Shown one piece after another: positions 1 to 9,648 of a DNA stretch of 40,734 nucleotides. Numbering within the stretch: position 1 is the first letter of the stretch; every line of letters begins with the position of its first letter. Source of the stretch: Euryarchaeota archaeon UBA220. GTDB taxonomy: Archaea > Thermoplasmatota > Poseidoniia > Poseidoniales > Thalassarchaeaceae. The stretch is taken from NCBI GenBank assembly GCA_002501885.1, contig DAON01000015.1, positions 1-40,734 of the forward strand. The letters are read 5' to 3'. Both the position numbers and the translations under genes were made by a program. The notes under the pieces are model-generated. The model was not told the DNA's origin and ran no database searches. It saw nothing but the letters and a program-made list of their open reading frames with translations.

Positions 1-2
1 AG

Positions 3-785
3 TTAGTGAAGGATTTTGCAGCAGTACTCGGCGGCACACCTGCTGTAGCTGGGAGCGATGAGATAACCTCTGGAGCAGTAGTCCCAAGCACCCTCGATAA
101 GCTCGCTGGAGATGGTATTGAAGCCTCTCAATGGGGCGGGCTGTTTGTCAACCTCGTTGTGGCAACCGCCGGATGTGTACTAGGTTTCGGCATAGGAGTG
201 GTTCTGGCATTCGGACGCCAGAGCAATCAGCCATTCTTCAGCGTACCATCAGTTGCTCTAATTGAGCTTGTTCGGTCTGGACCTCTAATTTGCTGGCTCT
301 GGTTCGCCGTCTTCTTGATGCCTGACATCATGGATCCCTTCTACAATGCTGAAGACATTATCCGAATGCTTCTGATGTTCGGTATCTTCGGAGGGTGCTA
401 CATTGCAGAGGTCCTCAGAGGAGGACTTCAGGCAGTCGATTCCGGACAGAAGGAGGCTGCATTAGCCCTTGGCCTGTCGCCCTTCCAGACCAAGATGCAA
501 GTCGAACTGCCAAATGCGGTTAGGACTACTCTACCTTCAATCGTCAGTGTTTTCATTGGACTATGGAAGGACACAACACTCCTGTTCATCATCAACATTC
601 TCGACTTCTTCAAGCTGGCAAAGGATCTTCCTGCCACAGACTTGCGCTTCCTAGGTAACTTCCTAGAGCCACTATACGTCACCGCCCTTGTATTCTGGGT
701 ATTCGCATTCTACCTGTCTAGGATCTCGATGAGAATCGAGAAGAGTCTTGGACTGGTTAGAGAAGGAGGGGGAGAAGCAGCATGA
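3..785 (+). CDS. Polar amino-acid ABC transporter permease, 5'-truncated by the window edge
   Basis: The frame is open back to base 3, with no stop before the GTG at 6. It has several TM helices and the EAA loop [24 protein letters not shown] typical of His/Glu/Gln/Arg-type permeases. An ATGA overlap joins it to the downstream ATPase gene. Confidence 0.85.
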   Translation, partial: LVKDFAAVLGGTPAVAGSDEITSGAVVPSTLDKLAGDGIEASQWGGLFVNLVVATAGCVLGFGIGVVLAFGRQSNQPFFSVPSVALIELVRSGPLICWLWFAVFLMPDIMDPFYNAEDIIRMLLMFGIFGGCYIAEVLRGGLQAVDSGQKEAALALGLSPFQTKMQVELPNAVRTTLPSIVSVFIGLWKDTTLLFIINILDFFKLAKDLPATDLRFLGNFLEPLYVTALVFWVFAFYLSRISMRIEKSLGLVREGGGEAA

Positions 786-1528
786 GTGAAGAAGAGATGA
801 TTATTGAGACAAAGGGAGTGAAGGTGAACTTCGGTGACTTTTGGGCACTGAAGGGCATTGACATCAGCATTAGGAAAGGAGAGATTGTCGTAATCCTAGG
901 GCCGTCGGGCTCAGGTAAATCGACATATATCCGGACCTTGAATAGACTTCAGCCACACAGTGGCGGTACAGTGGTAATAGATGGAATCACAATTGATGAT
1001 GAGACCACTGTGGCTGACATGAAGTATGTCAGGGCAGAAGTCGGCTTTGTTTTCCAGCAGTTCAACCTCTTCCCTCACCTGACCATAATGGAGAACATCA
1101 CCCTCGCTCCAATGAAGGTCAAGGGTATGCCAAAGAGACAGGCAGAAGACAAGGCAATGGAACTTCTAGAGAAGGTCGGAATTCCTGAGCAGGCCTACAA
1201 GTATCCGAGCGGACTTTCTGGTGGCCAGCAACAGAGAGTAGCCATTGCGCGTGCTCTAGCCATGGATCCGAAGATTATGCTATTCGACGAGCCTACTTCG
1301 GCTCTCGATCCTGAGATGATCAAGGAAGTTCTCGATGTAATGATCGATCTTGCAAAGGAAGATGTAACGATGATTGTGGTGACACACGAGATGGGCTTCG
1401 CCAAGGAGGTTGCAGATAGATGCATACTATTCGATGAGGGCGAATTGGTAGAGCAGAATACTCCCGAGGAGTTCTTCACTAATCCCAAGCACGATAGGAC
1501 CAAGTTGTTCCTAGAGCAGATTCTCTAA
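782..1528 (+). CDS. Amino-acid ABC transporter ATP-binding protein (GlnQ-like)
   Basis: Walker [13 protein letters not shown] signature [15 protein letters not shown], Walker [13 protein letters not shown] and H-loop VTHEMGFA. The GGGGGAG SD and ATGA overlap link it to the permease. Confidence 0.95.
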   Translation: MSEEEMIIETKGVKVNFGDFWALKGIDISIRKGEIVVILGPSGSGKSTYIRTLNRLQPHSGGTVVIDGITIDDETTVADMKYVRAEVGFVFQQFNLFPHLTIMENITLAPMKVKGMPKRQAEDKAMELLEKVGIPEQAYKYPSGLSGGQQQRVAIARALAMDPKIMLFDEPTSALDPEMIKEVLDVMIDLAKEDVTMIVVTHEMGFAKEVADRCILFDEGELVEQNTPEEFFTNPKHDRTKLFLEQIL

Positions 1529-1590
1529 TCGGCATCTTGCCCTTGTGAACCGCCGTTACTCCTTTCAACCGTAGGTAAAGCGGAAATGAC

Positions 1591-2466
1591 ATGAGTTGTT
1601 TAGAAGACCTTCCTAACAACATTGACCCCAACTATGAATGCGCTTCGGAACTGTTGGCTACTGGGCCCATTTCTGCGCTGCTGATTTTAGTCATCGGCGT
1701 ACCTCTGATTGGAATCGCAAAGAGACAACTCAGGAAGTTGTTTGACAAGACCGATTTCGATGAAGGACTTGAGAATTTCATGTTCCGCATTGCTGGAGTC
1801 GCTATGTGGGCCATCGTCATACTGACAGCCGCTAGCGAACTTGGAATCAATGTAGCTGGTATCGTTGCCGCCCTAGGAATATTCGGCCTAGCCGTGGCCT
1901 TCGCTGCTCAAGATACGATGGAGAATGTAATCGCTGGTATTTTCATCATTATCGATAGGCCGTTCCGAGAGGGTGAGCGAATACTGCTGCCCAAGAAACT
2001 TGGGGGAATATACAGCAGTTGGGGAGATGTCATTGAAATTGGTCTACGCACAACTCATGTACGTTCTACCGATGGAGTCTTGCTAACTATTCCAAACAAG
2101 CTGCTGACCAAGGATGCAGTAGCCAACTTCAGTCATAGTGAGCTTAGAGTCAGAATCCGACTAGGGCTCACGGCTACATGGGACAATGTCACAAAGGCGG
2201 AGGAGATTGTAAATGAAATCGCAAACAACCATCCCGAAATAAGCCAGAAGCCGAAACCCCCTGGAGTTGTTCTCAGAGATTTTGGCGACCAAGAGGTCAT
2301 CATGGAGATTCGCTACTATGTCGACAACGCGCGCAAGATGAGATCCTCGAAGTCATCCTTCGTAACTGAGATTCTCAGGAAATTCGAGGAGCATAAGGTC
2401 ACCCTTGCTTTCCCTGTAAGAGTCAACATGAACAGTGATGTTGATTTGGAAGAACTCGGATTCTAG
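1591..2466 (+). CDS. mscS: Small-conductance mechanosensitive channel (MscS family)
   Basis: N-terminal TM helices are followed by an MscS-type core (AFAAQDTMENVIAGIFIIIDRPFREGERI ... VRSTDGVLLTIPNKLL). Confidence 0.85.
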   Translation: MSCLEDLPNNIDPNYECASELLATGPISALLILVIGVPLIGIAKRQLRKLFDKTDFDEGLENFMFRIAGVAMWAIVILTAASELGINVAGIVAALGIFGLAVAFAAQDTMENVIAGIFIIIDRPFREGERILLPKKLGGIYSSWGDVIEIGLRTTHVRSTDGVLLTIPNKLLTKDAVANFSHSELRVRIRLGLTATWDNVTKAEEIVNEIANNHPEISQKPKPPGVVLRDFGDQEVIMEIRYYVDNARKMRSSKSSFVTEILRKFEEHKVTLAFPVRVNMNSDVDLEELGF

Positions 2467-3350
2467 TAGTCAATCCAGTGGGCTACGCCGTCGTGTATTG
2501 TTCGACGGAATGTGAGCAGAGTCAACTCAGGCCCATTCAAGGCCACAGTCACCTTCGCACCTCTGGTGAAATGAGTTTCATCCCAACCATCACCGACGAT
2601 GTAGCCACGATGCATGTCACTAGTAATCACAGTCGGCTCACCAGTCCACTCCCAGTATGAACCATCATCCAAACGCTCACTCCTAGGCAAGTCTCTAGCC
2701 GCGAACAGATATCGTGAGCCCAATTCATCTGCTGGGAATCGAGTACCCTCTATATCGACAACATGCCTGAACCATGCACCCTGTCCTAGGAATGTAGAGA
2801 ATAAACATCCAGAAGAGCGCTGAATCACATCAATTGCATCGGAATCCGAACCCCTCTCTAGCCGATAGCGAGAGGGCTGGTATTGGTGCGTGTTCGCGAT
2901 GATTAGGTCGTTGAGGGCTGGATCAGAGAGAATCTTCTTCCCACTAGTAGTAATTATCTCGGCCTGCAGTCTAGGCAGAATATTGACAATGGCTTCACCA
3001 TTAAGTGCCACTCTGACATCCTTTCCAAAGCTCTCCGGGTCACTTCCCATGTAGAATCCATATGATCCATCCTCGTCATCATCCTGAGGATGACTGTTCA
3101 CACCCATCACTGGGATATCGCTACCAATCGAATGTGCAATCGATGTAAGAGTCCCATCCCCGCCGAGAATGATTGCAAGGTCCCTATCAGCAAAGTCGTC
3201 ACTGGTGACTGTCTCTCTAACCTTGTACTCGACTTTGACTTCTCCTTCACTGGATAATTGGTCCAATTCTGACTTGACCTCTAGCAATGACTCGTCATGC
3301 ACCTCTTCGAAATTCTTCTTGAAGACGACGAGGACCTTCTTGGCAGACAT
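2463..3350 (-). CDS. nadK: NAD(+) kinase
   Basis: GGDGT motif (AIILGGDGTLTS) and NDxxI-type motif (ALNDLIIAN). The length fits the ATP-NAD kinase family. Confidence 0.8.
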   Translation of the reverse strand: MSAKKVLVVFKKNFEEVHDESLLEVKSELDQLSSEGEVKVEYKVRETVTSDDFADRDLAIILGGDGTLTSIAHSIGSDIPVMGVNSHPQDDDEDGSYGFYMGSDPESFGKDVRVALNGEAIVNILPRLQAEIITTSGKKILSDPALNDLIIANTHQYQPSRYRLERGSDSDAIDVIQRSSGCLFSTFLGQGAWFRHVVDIEGTRFPADELGSRYLFAARDLPRSERLDDGSYWEWTGEPTVITSDMHRGYIVGDGWDETHFTRGAKVTVALNGPELTLLTFRRTIHDGVAHWIDY

Positions 3351-3434
3351 GCTTACCCTCCAGCATGCGGCGCTAGTGCTTGCCCCATATAGGGACGACG
3401 CAATGTAGAACTGTGTGTCTTATGACGGCTGAGC

Positions 3435-4535
3435 GTGAAACTCATGACTCATGTACAATCCCGACAGAGTATGAGAGCCACCGTACTGACCTCACTGCTA
3501 TTACTCAGTACAGCGTTTTCAGGATGTCTCAGCGTGCCAGTGGAGGAGTGTGAAGGAATTGATTGCTTCCCTCTAGACTCAGATGCCCTTTCTGAAATCC
3601 TAGCAGCCCCCAATGCCTTTGATGTAGTTACTCTGGCTGCCACCAATGACAAACTTAGGATTACCACTACTACGACATATGAAGACAATGGTCAGTTCGC
3701 CGAGGTTCGTTGGGATGTGGCCAAGGACGACACCTCGGAGCTGCGTTCGATTGCTATGAGGATGACTATAGGTACTACGACCATCGATAACGAAGTGATA
3801 GAGGGACAGTCCTCGACTAATATCAGAACCGGAGGAGATTGGTTCGAAGGAAGAGATGAGGTGCCCGAATACAATGATCCGTTTATCGAACTAGCACAAC
3901 TTGCTACGGACCAGCCCAATGGTCTGTGGCCTCCTTTCGCATTCGATACATCTGCTGTGGCAGATCTGACTTGGACTATCTCTGGAGATCCATCATCAAC
4001 ACAGCAGATAGCATCAGCCAGTAACGATACGCATACTATCATCATCGAACTAATGGGAACCCCTCCAAAAGTTACTGGAATCGAGACCTACTCGGGGGAT
4101 GAAAATACATTCATACTAACTGTTGCAATCGGCAACTCGGTATCGATTGATTTGCAGGACGATTTACCTCGTATTCCTGTTGGATTTAGTATTGATGACC
4201 AACCAATTATAGTCGGAGACTCCACAGTCTGGTATGGAGAAATCCCCCTAGAAATGTCGACAGAAATAGATCCCTCTCAGTTAGAGTTCCATGGCCTGGT
4301 ATCCGAAAATGGAACCACATCTTCAGTTGCTATGATGACTGTAAATCAAGAATCCTCCAATATGACTCTCGATGATGGTACATGGTGGGAATTTAATTGG
4401 ATAGACTTCCCAATGCCTGGGTATTTCTCAGCCGGCGACTTGTTCCAAATCAAGACCAACTCAACTGGGGAGATTTATGTCGCTATCTTTGATTCCTGGG
4501 CCCAGCAGTGGTCCGGCGGCCCTTTGGCTGAATGA
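3435..4535 (+). CDS. Hypothetical secreted protein or lipoprotein, acidic and Thr/Ser-rich
   Basis: The N-terminal signal sequence ends in a lipobox-like LSTAFSGC. I recognise no enzymatic motif. The start is ambiguous: GTG 3435, or the ATG codons a few codons downstream. Confidence 0.6.
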   Translation: MKLMTHVQSRQSMRATVLTSLLLLSTAFSGCLSVPVEECEGIDCFPLDSDALSEILAAPNAFDVVTLAATNDKLRITTTTTYEDNGQFAEVRWDVAKDDTSELRSIAMRMTIGTTTIDNEVIEGQSSTNIRTGGDWFEGRDEVPEYNDPFIELAQLATDQPNGLWPPFAFDTSAVADLTWTISGDPSSTQQIASASNDTHTIIIELMGTPPKVTGIETYSGDENTFILTVAIGNSVSIDLQDDLPRIPVGFSIDDQPIIVGDSTVWYGEIPLEMSTEIDPSQLEFHGLVSENGTTSSVAMMTVNQESSNMTLDDGTWWEFNWIDFPMPGYFSAGDLFQIKTNSTGEIYVAIFDSWAQQWSGGPLAE

Positions 4536-4577
4536 ATGCATGAGTATCTTCAAACACTCCTGTCATGACGCTAAGCC

Positions 4578-6347
4578 ATGGGAGGAAGCAGACATCCTCT
4601 GATGAGACTCCTAGAACATCTCAAAGAGCACAGGACTACTGTACTAATCGCTTCATTTTGTTCAATCATCAACAAGGTGTGGGACCTAGCTCCTCCTGTA
4701 CTCATTGGAATGGCTATCGATGTGGTTGCGGCGCAAGAAGACTCATTTCTAGCTCAGTTTGGATACACTGATGTTTACCAGCAATTGTACATCCTTACTG
4801 CAATAACCGTAGTGATATGGGTTCTAGAGTCCCTGTTCCAGTACCTCTACGCCGTGTTATGGAGGAATCTAGCCCAGACTGCTCAGCATGAACTTAGAAT
4901 GTCTGCTTATTCACACATCCAAGATCTCGAGATGCAATGGTTCTCTGAGCAGCCAACTGGTAGTCTGATGGCGATAATGAATGACGATGTGAATCAACTC
5001 GAACGGTTTCTTGACCAGGGTGCAACAGATTTGCTACATGTCGCGACCACGATTATTGTCGTGGGCGCAATAATGGTCTCTGTTGCCCACGAGGTCGCCT
5101 TACTGGCAATTCTACCTGTTCCAATTATCGTTACTGGATCGTTCATCTACCAGCGTAGGATTGGAGTCAGGTATAGCAAGGTCAGAGGAAAGGTTGCCGA
5201 TCTAAACTCCCTACTGAACAACAACCTACACGGAATTACGACAATTAAGTCGTTTACTGCAGAGAAGCGCGAAGTTGACAGGGTCGAGGAAGCTTCAACT
5301 TCCTACAGGGAAGCCAACAGAGAGGCAATCCGCCTCTCTGCATCCTTCGTTCCAATAATCAGAATGGCTATTCTATTCGCTTTTACGGCCAACATGCTCG
5401 TTGGAGGTTGGTTCGCCCTAGAAGGTAAAATCAGTCTCGGAGCATACTCTGTCATCGTCTTCATCACTCAGAGATTGTTATGGCCACTCACGAGACTGGG
5501 GGAGACCTTTGATTTGTATCAGCGCGCAATGGCATCCACCTCCAGAGTCCTTGATCTACTAGATACTGAGATTGGCATAGTTGAAGGAGATACTAAGCTC
5601 GAGCAAGTCAAAGGAGAAATCAGCTTCAATGACTTGGGATTCTCCTATCCAGATAGGGAAACTGTGCTGGAGGGAGTTAACCTGACGATTCCCGCTGGAG
5701 AAACTGTAGGTCTCGTTGGCTCTACAGGATCAGGCAAGACCACACTGGTCAGATTGCTACTTAGATTCCACGACCCCAATTCGGGATCAGTCTCTCTAGA
5801 TGGTCACGATGTCAGGGATCTTACTCTAGAATCTCTAAGAGGGTCAGTTTCTCTAGTCAGTCAGACAACCACTCTATTTCCAGGAAGTGTTCGTGACAAC
5901 ATTCTGTATGGAAACCCTTCAGCTGATGACGAGGCAGTAGTGGAAGCCGCTAGAGTCGCAGAAGCACTTCCATTCATCGAGAGCCTCCCCCGGGGATGGG
6001 ATACCGATATCGGAGAGGGCGGACATAGGCTTTCTGGAGGGCAACGCCAGAGGATTGCAATCGCTAGAGCCGTACTCAAGGACGCGCCCGTACTGGTGTT
6101 GGATGAGGCTACTAGTAATGTGGACAATGAGACGGAGGCTGCGTTGAAGCGTTCAATCGAGAAAATCTCTGTTGGCAGGACGACTCTAATCATCGCTCAC
6201 CGACTTTCCACAGTCAGGAATGCAGACACTATTGCAGTTCTAGGAAATGGTTCAATTTCGGAGACAGGAACTCATGAGGAATTACTCAGTGGCAACGGAC
6301 TATATCCCAGACTCTGGGCCGTCCAGACCGGAGAGGTCTCACAATGA
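4578..6347 (+). CDS. ABC exporter with fused permease and ATPase (MsbA/multidrug type)
   Basis: A six-TM N-terminal half is followed by Walker A GSTGSGKTT, signature LSGGQRQRIAIARA and Walker B VLVLDEATSNVD. Confidence 0.92.
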   Translation: MGGSRHPLMRLLEHLKEHRTTVLIASFCSIINKVWDLAPPVLIGMAIDVVAAQEDSFLAQFGYTDVYQQLYILTAITVVIWVLESLFQYLYAVLWRNLAQTAQHELRMSAYSHIQDLEMQWFSEQPTGSLMAIMNDDVNQLERFLDQGATDLLHVATTIIVVGAIMVSVAHEVALLAILPVPIIVTGSFIYQRRIGVRYSKVRGKVADLNSLLNNNLHGITTIKSFTAEKREVDRVEEASTSYREANREAIRLSASFVPIIRMAILFAFTANMLVGGWFALEGKISLGAYSVIVFITQRLLWPLTRLGETFDLYQRAMASTSRVLDLLDTEIGIVEGDTKLEQVKGEISFNDLGFSYPDRETVLEGVNLTIPAGETVGLVGSTGSGKTTLVRLLLRFHDPNSGSVSLDGHDVRDLTLESLRGSVSLVSQTTTLFPGSVRDNILYGNPSADDEAVVEAARVAEALPFIESLPRGWDTDIGEGGHRLSGGQRQRIAIARAVLKDAPVLVLDEATSNVDNETEAALKRSIEKISVGRTTLIIAHRLSTVRNADTIAVLGNGSISETGTHEELLSGNGLYPRLWAVQTGEVSQ

Positions 6348-6763
6348 GCGACGAGAGAGGTTTGCCCAGATTAACAGATTTAGCCAAAACTATCGGCTTT
6401 GAAGTAACTAAGTTTGAGGAAGGAAGTTGTATTGTTGAGTGCACAATTCGTGAAGATCACCTGAATATGGGAGGAGTGGCCCACGGAGGCATTCATGCAA
6501 CACTGCTCGACTCAGCGATGGGTGGCACATTAGTTTCGACTCTCGCTAAAGAAGAGTGGTGCGCCACAGCACAAATCGATATCTCATACCTCAATGCAGC
6601 GGGTGTCGGCGAGAGACTAATCGCTTCAGGCGAGGTATCTCGTAGAGGAAGGCATCTGGCCCATTTGGAGGGTAAGTTGGTTACTTCTGAGGGAACCAAA
6701 ATTGCAACCGCCAAGGGGACATGGGCCATCTGGGAGACAAGACCCAGTAGCCAGAATCGGTGA
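6344..6763 (+). CDS. Hotdog-fold thioesterase (PaaI family)
   Basis: The motif GGVAHGGIHATLLDSAMGG is typical of PaaI/YbdB thioesterases. A GGAGAGGT SD lies 6 nt upstream, and an ATGA overlap joins it to the ABC exporter stop. Confidence 0.85.
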   Translation: MSDERGLPRLTDLAKTIGFEVTKFEEGSCIVECTIREDHLNMGGVAHGGIHATLLDSAMGGTLVSTLAKEEWCATAQIDISYLNAAGVGERLIASGEVSRRGRHLAHLEGKLVTSEGTKIATAKGTWAIWETRPSSQNR

Positions 6764-6796
6764 AGGTCTGCCGGGAACAGATTAATCCGCTACCTC

Positions 6797-7156
6797 ATGT
6801 TCGCGATAAACATGGCAAGGTCCGACTCTGTCCTATTCTTCTTAGCCGGTTTCACTCAATTGCTAGTCGGCTCAGAGTTGGCCGCTATGGACCCCACTCT
6901 AGCAATCCTTGGGATGATCTTAGAAGTCACAGGAGGTAGTTCTGTACTAGTTGGAATTTATTTGCTGATTTTCGTCGCTAGACATCATAAGGAGTTCCAA
7001 GAATCTTACAATAAACTCGAGAAGGCTACAATGGCAAGGGGCGATTCTGGAAGGCTGAAGCGTGTAGATCCTCTACCAGTAAAAAGAAGAATGACCAATG
7101 TTGTAATTCCTGGTATTTTGGCATTCATTGCAGCCATGGCATGGCTGACCAACTAG
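6797..7156 (+). CDS. Hypothetical small membrane protein (about 3 TM)
   Basis: Hydrophobic segments flank a basic loop (HHKEFQESYNKLEK...KRRM). It shares orientation with the following genes. No recognisable domain. Confidence 0.5.
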   Translation: MFAINMARSDSVLFFLAGFTQLLVGSELAAMDPTLAILGMILEVTGGSSVLVGIYLLIFVARHHKEFQESYNKLEKATMARGDSGRLKRVDPLPVKRRMTNVVIPGILAFIAAMAWLTN

Positions 7157-7166
7157 TAGGTGAGAC

Positions 7167-7436
7167 ATGAGCAAGCCCAAGCAGGGTCTTGATGAAATGG
7201 TCGACCGTGTAATCGACAATCCTGCTTATGATATGTTTGGAGGATATCATATCTTCCTGAGGAGAGTAACTATCCCAATACTTCTAATTCTAGTTTTCAT
7301 GATGGTGTACGATTTACTCTCGAAGGTCCTATCTGAAGATATGACATTAATTCTATCAGCATTAATCACTGGACTATCTGTGGGTCCCATTTTCGGCATA
7401 GAACGTTACTTCGCAGAAAGATGGTACGGGAAATGA
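7167..7436 (+). CDS. Hypothetical small membrane protein (about 2 TM)
   Basis: An AGGTGA SD lies 3-4 nt upstream of the ATG. Two hydrophobic helices are present. No recognisable domain. Confidence 0.6.
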   Translation: MSKPKQGLDEMVDRVIDNPAYDMFGGYHIFLRRVTIPILLILVFMMVYDLLSKVLSEDMTLILSALITGLSVGPIFGIERYFAERWYGK

Positions 7437-7497
7437 GCCATTTCTCACTTCTTTGCCGCCGAATGGGTAAAGTGGGGATGCCTAAGTTGGAGGTACA

Positions 7498-8100
7498 ATG
7501 AGCATACTAGATGACTTCGATATCTTCGAGCTACTTGGCTTCGGAGACGCAACTGGACTCGAATTACTATTCGCCGCTTCCGCGCTAGTAGGGGGCATAC
7601 TATTCCTGCTCTGGTTTGCATTGATGATGATTGGTGGCGTTGCTGCAGATGTGTTTGAGGGCTTACTGGGGATGGAAGGGGTCGGTGATCTCGGTGCAGA
7701 CGCTTCGTTCAAGGCACTCACCTTCCAAGGACTGATGGCTTTCCTAATGTTCTTCGGACTAGCCGGACTGTACACCCTGAAGTCTACCGAGACTTCCACT
7801 CTGGCAATTGGAATCGGAGGTATTGCAGGCTTCGCCTCCATGTGGGGCACTGGTAAGTTGTTCCAACTCTTTATCACTCTACAATCGGATGGAACAGTAG
7901 AGATTTCTGAGTCCATTGGTGCTACTGGTACAGTCTATCTCAGAATCCCGCATGATGGTGCAGGACAAGTACAAGTCAACTTCGGAGGAAGCTTGAGGAC
8001 CATGAATGCAAAGTCTCACGACGATGCCGAAATAGGTAATGGCGAGTTCATCGAAGTTGTCGATACAATGGGCGATGTACTCATAGTAAAGAGAAAGTAA
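7498..8100 (+). CDS. NfeD/YqiJ-like membrane protein (flotillin partner)
   Basis: A GGAGGT SD lies 4 nt upstream. A multi-TM N-terminus is followed by a soluble C-terminal beta-rich segment (GATGTVYLRIPHDGAGQVQVNFGGSLRTMNAK...VLIVKRK) resembling the NfeD OB-fold. It sits directly upstream of a flotillin gene, as in yqiJ-yqiK. Confidence 0.7.
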   Translation: MSILDDFDIFELLGFGDATGLELLFAASALVGGILFLLWFALMMIGGVAADVFEGLLGMEGVGDLGADASFKALTFQGLMAFLMFFGLAGLYTLKSTETSTLAIGIGGIAGFASMWGTGKLFQLFITLQSDGTVEISESIGATGTVYLRIPHDGAGQVQVNFGGSLRTMNAKSHDDAEIGNGEFIEVVDTMGDVLIVKRK

Positions 8101-8186
8101 TCACTCACATTTCAATTTACTTTCTACAGTGCGCAGGGAAAGCCTTCATGACCTGATATCTCCTCTTAGGGGTAGAGGCGAAGCAT

Positions 8187-9596
8187 ATGGCAGAAAGCGG
8201 AGCACTATTGACGACGATGATATTTGCAACTGTACTGGTACTTGTGGCGGTGACAATTTTCTTTGCACAGCGCTACAAGAGGTGCCCTCCTGACAAGGTT
8301 ATGGTCATCTACGGGCGTACAGACAAAGGCCGCCCTTCTAGGACTATTCACGGTGGTGCGGCATTAGTCTGGCCATTGATTCAGGACTACGCGTACCTCC
8401 CACTAACTCCGATTACAATCAACATTGATCTCAGAAACGCTCTATCTCTGCAGAACATCAGAATCAATGTCCCGAGCACCTTCACTATCGGCATCAGCAT
8501 CGAGGATAACATCATGCAGAATGCAGCTCAGAGACTGCTTGGCCTGAAGATGGAGGACATCGAGAAGATGGCAGAGGAAATCATTCTTGGTCAACTACGT
8601 CTGACTGTCGCTTCCCTGACTATCGAGCAGATTAATCAAGATAGAGACAACTTCCTCGAGCGAATTAACAACAACGTCGAGAAGGAACTTGAGAAGGTCG
8701 GTCTACGTCTAATCAACGTGAACATTGTCGATATTACCGATGACTCCGACTATATCGAGAGCATCGGAAAGAAGGCTGCAGCAACTGCAGTAGAGAATGC
8801 ACGTGTAGACGTAGCAAACGCAGAGAGGGACGGTGCCATCGGTGCAGCAGAGGCTGACAAGACCCGTGAGATTCAGGTTGCTGAGAACATGGCTGAGGCA
8901 GCAAAGGGACGCAAGGCGGCTGAGGCCGACAAGCGTGTTTATGTCGAGAACCAGGAAGCCCTCGCAGTTTCCGGTGAGAACGTCGCTCAGGCAGAGATTG
9001 CCAATGCCAACGCCGACCTAAAGGAGGCCGAGGCATCAGCCAAGCAGAGAGCAGATGTAGCTACGGCCGAGTCCGAGGCTGCCATCCAGCGTGCCATTGC
9101 TGGTGAGGAGACAGAGCGCCTGAGGGCCAGCGAGATTGTTCGTGAGAATATCCAGAAGCAGCAGATTGAGATTGCTGCAGAGGCCGAGGCCGAACGCCAG
9201 CGTCGCGTGGCTCGTGGTGAGGCAGATGCGATTCTTGCCGTGTATGAGGCAGAAGCTAAGGGTATCCAACAAGTTCTAGATGCTAAGGCTCAGGGTTACC
9301 AGAACTTAGTCAACAGCGCTGCTGGCGACCCCAAGGCAGCAGCAACTCTGCTAATGGTTGAGAAGATTGAGAACATGGTATCGGCCCAGGTCGAGGCTAT
9401 TCGAAACCTCAAGATCGACAAGGTCACCGTCTGGGATGGAGGCAACAACGCCGACGGTTCGTCCGCGACTAGCAACTTCGTTAGCAGCCTAGTGCAGAGT
9501 CTTCCACCTATCCATGATGTTGCTAAGATGGCAGGAGTAGACTTGCCTGAATATCTCGGCTCAATGGCAGAGGACACACAAGAAGACGGCGAGTAG
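8187..9596 (+). CDS. Flotillin (SPFH/Band-7 family)
   Basis: An N-terminal TM anchor and SPFH core are followed by a long Ala/Glu-rich coiled-coil (AEADK..., AEAEAERQRRVARGEADA) typical of flotillins. A GAGG SD lies upstream. Confidence 0.9.
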   Translation: MAESGALLTTMIFATVLVLVAVTIFFAQRYKRCPPDKVMVIYGRTDKGRPSRTIHGGAALVWPLIQDYAYLPLTPITINIDLRNALSLQNIRINVPSTFTIGISIEDNIMQNAAQRLLGLKMEDIEKMAEEIILGQLRLTVASLTIEQINQDRDNFLERINNNVEKELEKVGLRLINVNIVDITDDSDYIESIGKKAAATAVENARVDVANAERDGAIGAAEADKTREIQVAENMAEAAKGRKAAEADKRVYVENQEALAVSGENVAQAEIANANADLKEAEASAKQRADVATAESEAAIQRAIAGEETERLRASEIVRENIQKQQIEIAAEAEAERQRRVARGEADAILAVYEAEAKGIQQVLDAKAQGYQNLVNSAAGDPKAAATLLMVEKIENMVSAQVEAIRNLKIDKVTVWDGGNNADGSSATSNFVSSLVQSLPPIHDVAKMAGVDLPEYLGSMAEDTQEDGE

Positions 9597-9616
9597 ACTG
9601 TCCCTAAGGGACAGTC
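9596..9616 (+). promoter_or_regulatory. Perfect hairpin (9-bp stem, 3-nt loop) overlapping the flotillin stop codon
   Basis: GACTGTCCC-TAA-GGGACAGTC read directly from the sequence. No T-tract follows, so a terminator role is unproven. Confidence 0.4.
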
Positions 9617-9648
9617 ATCCTCATGAAGAGGGATTGCTTGGCCATGCC

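Noticed and set aside
7482-7916. A 144-aa minus-strand ORF antisense to the NfeD-like gene
   Set aside because: It is Pro/Ser/Ala-rich low-complexity translation and lies fully inside a plus-strand gene that has a strong SD and a recognisable domain. This is a typical shadow ORF.
8734-9272. Several 60-100 aa ORFs in alternative frames of the flotillin coiled-coil region
   Set aside because: They arise from the repetitive GCN/GAG-rich coding of the Ala/Glu coiled coil. Their translations are Arg/Pro/Leu-rich nonsense.
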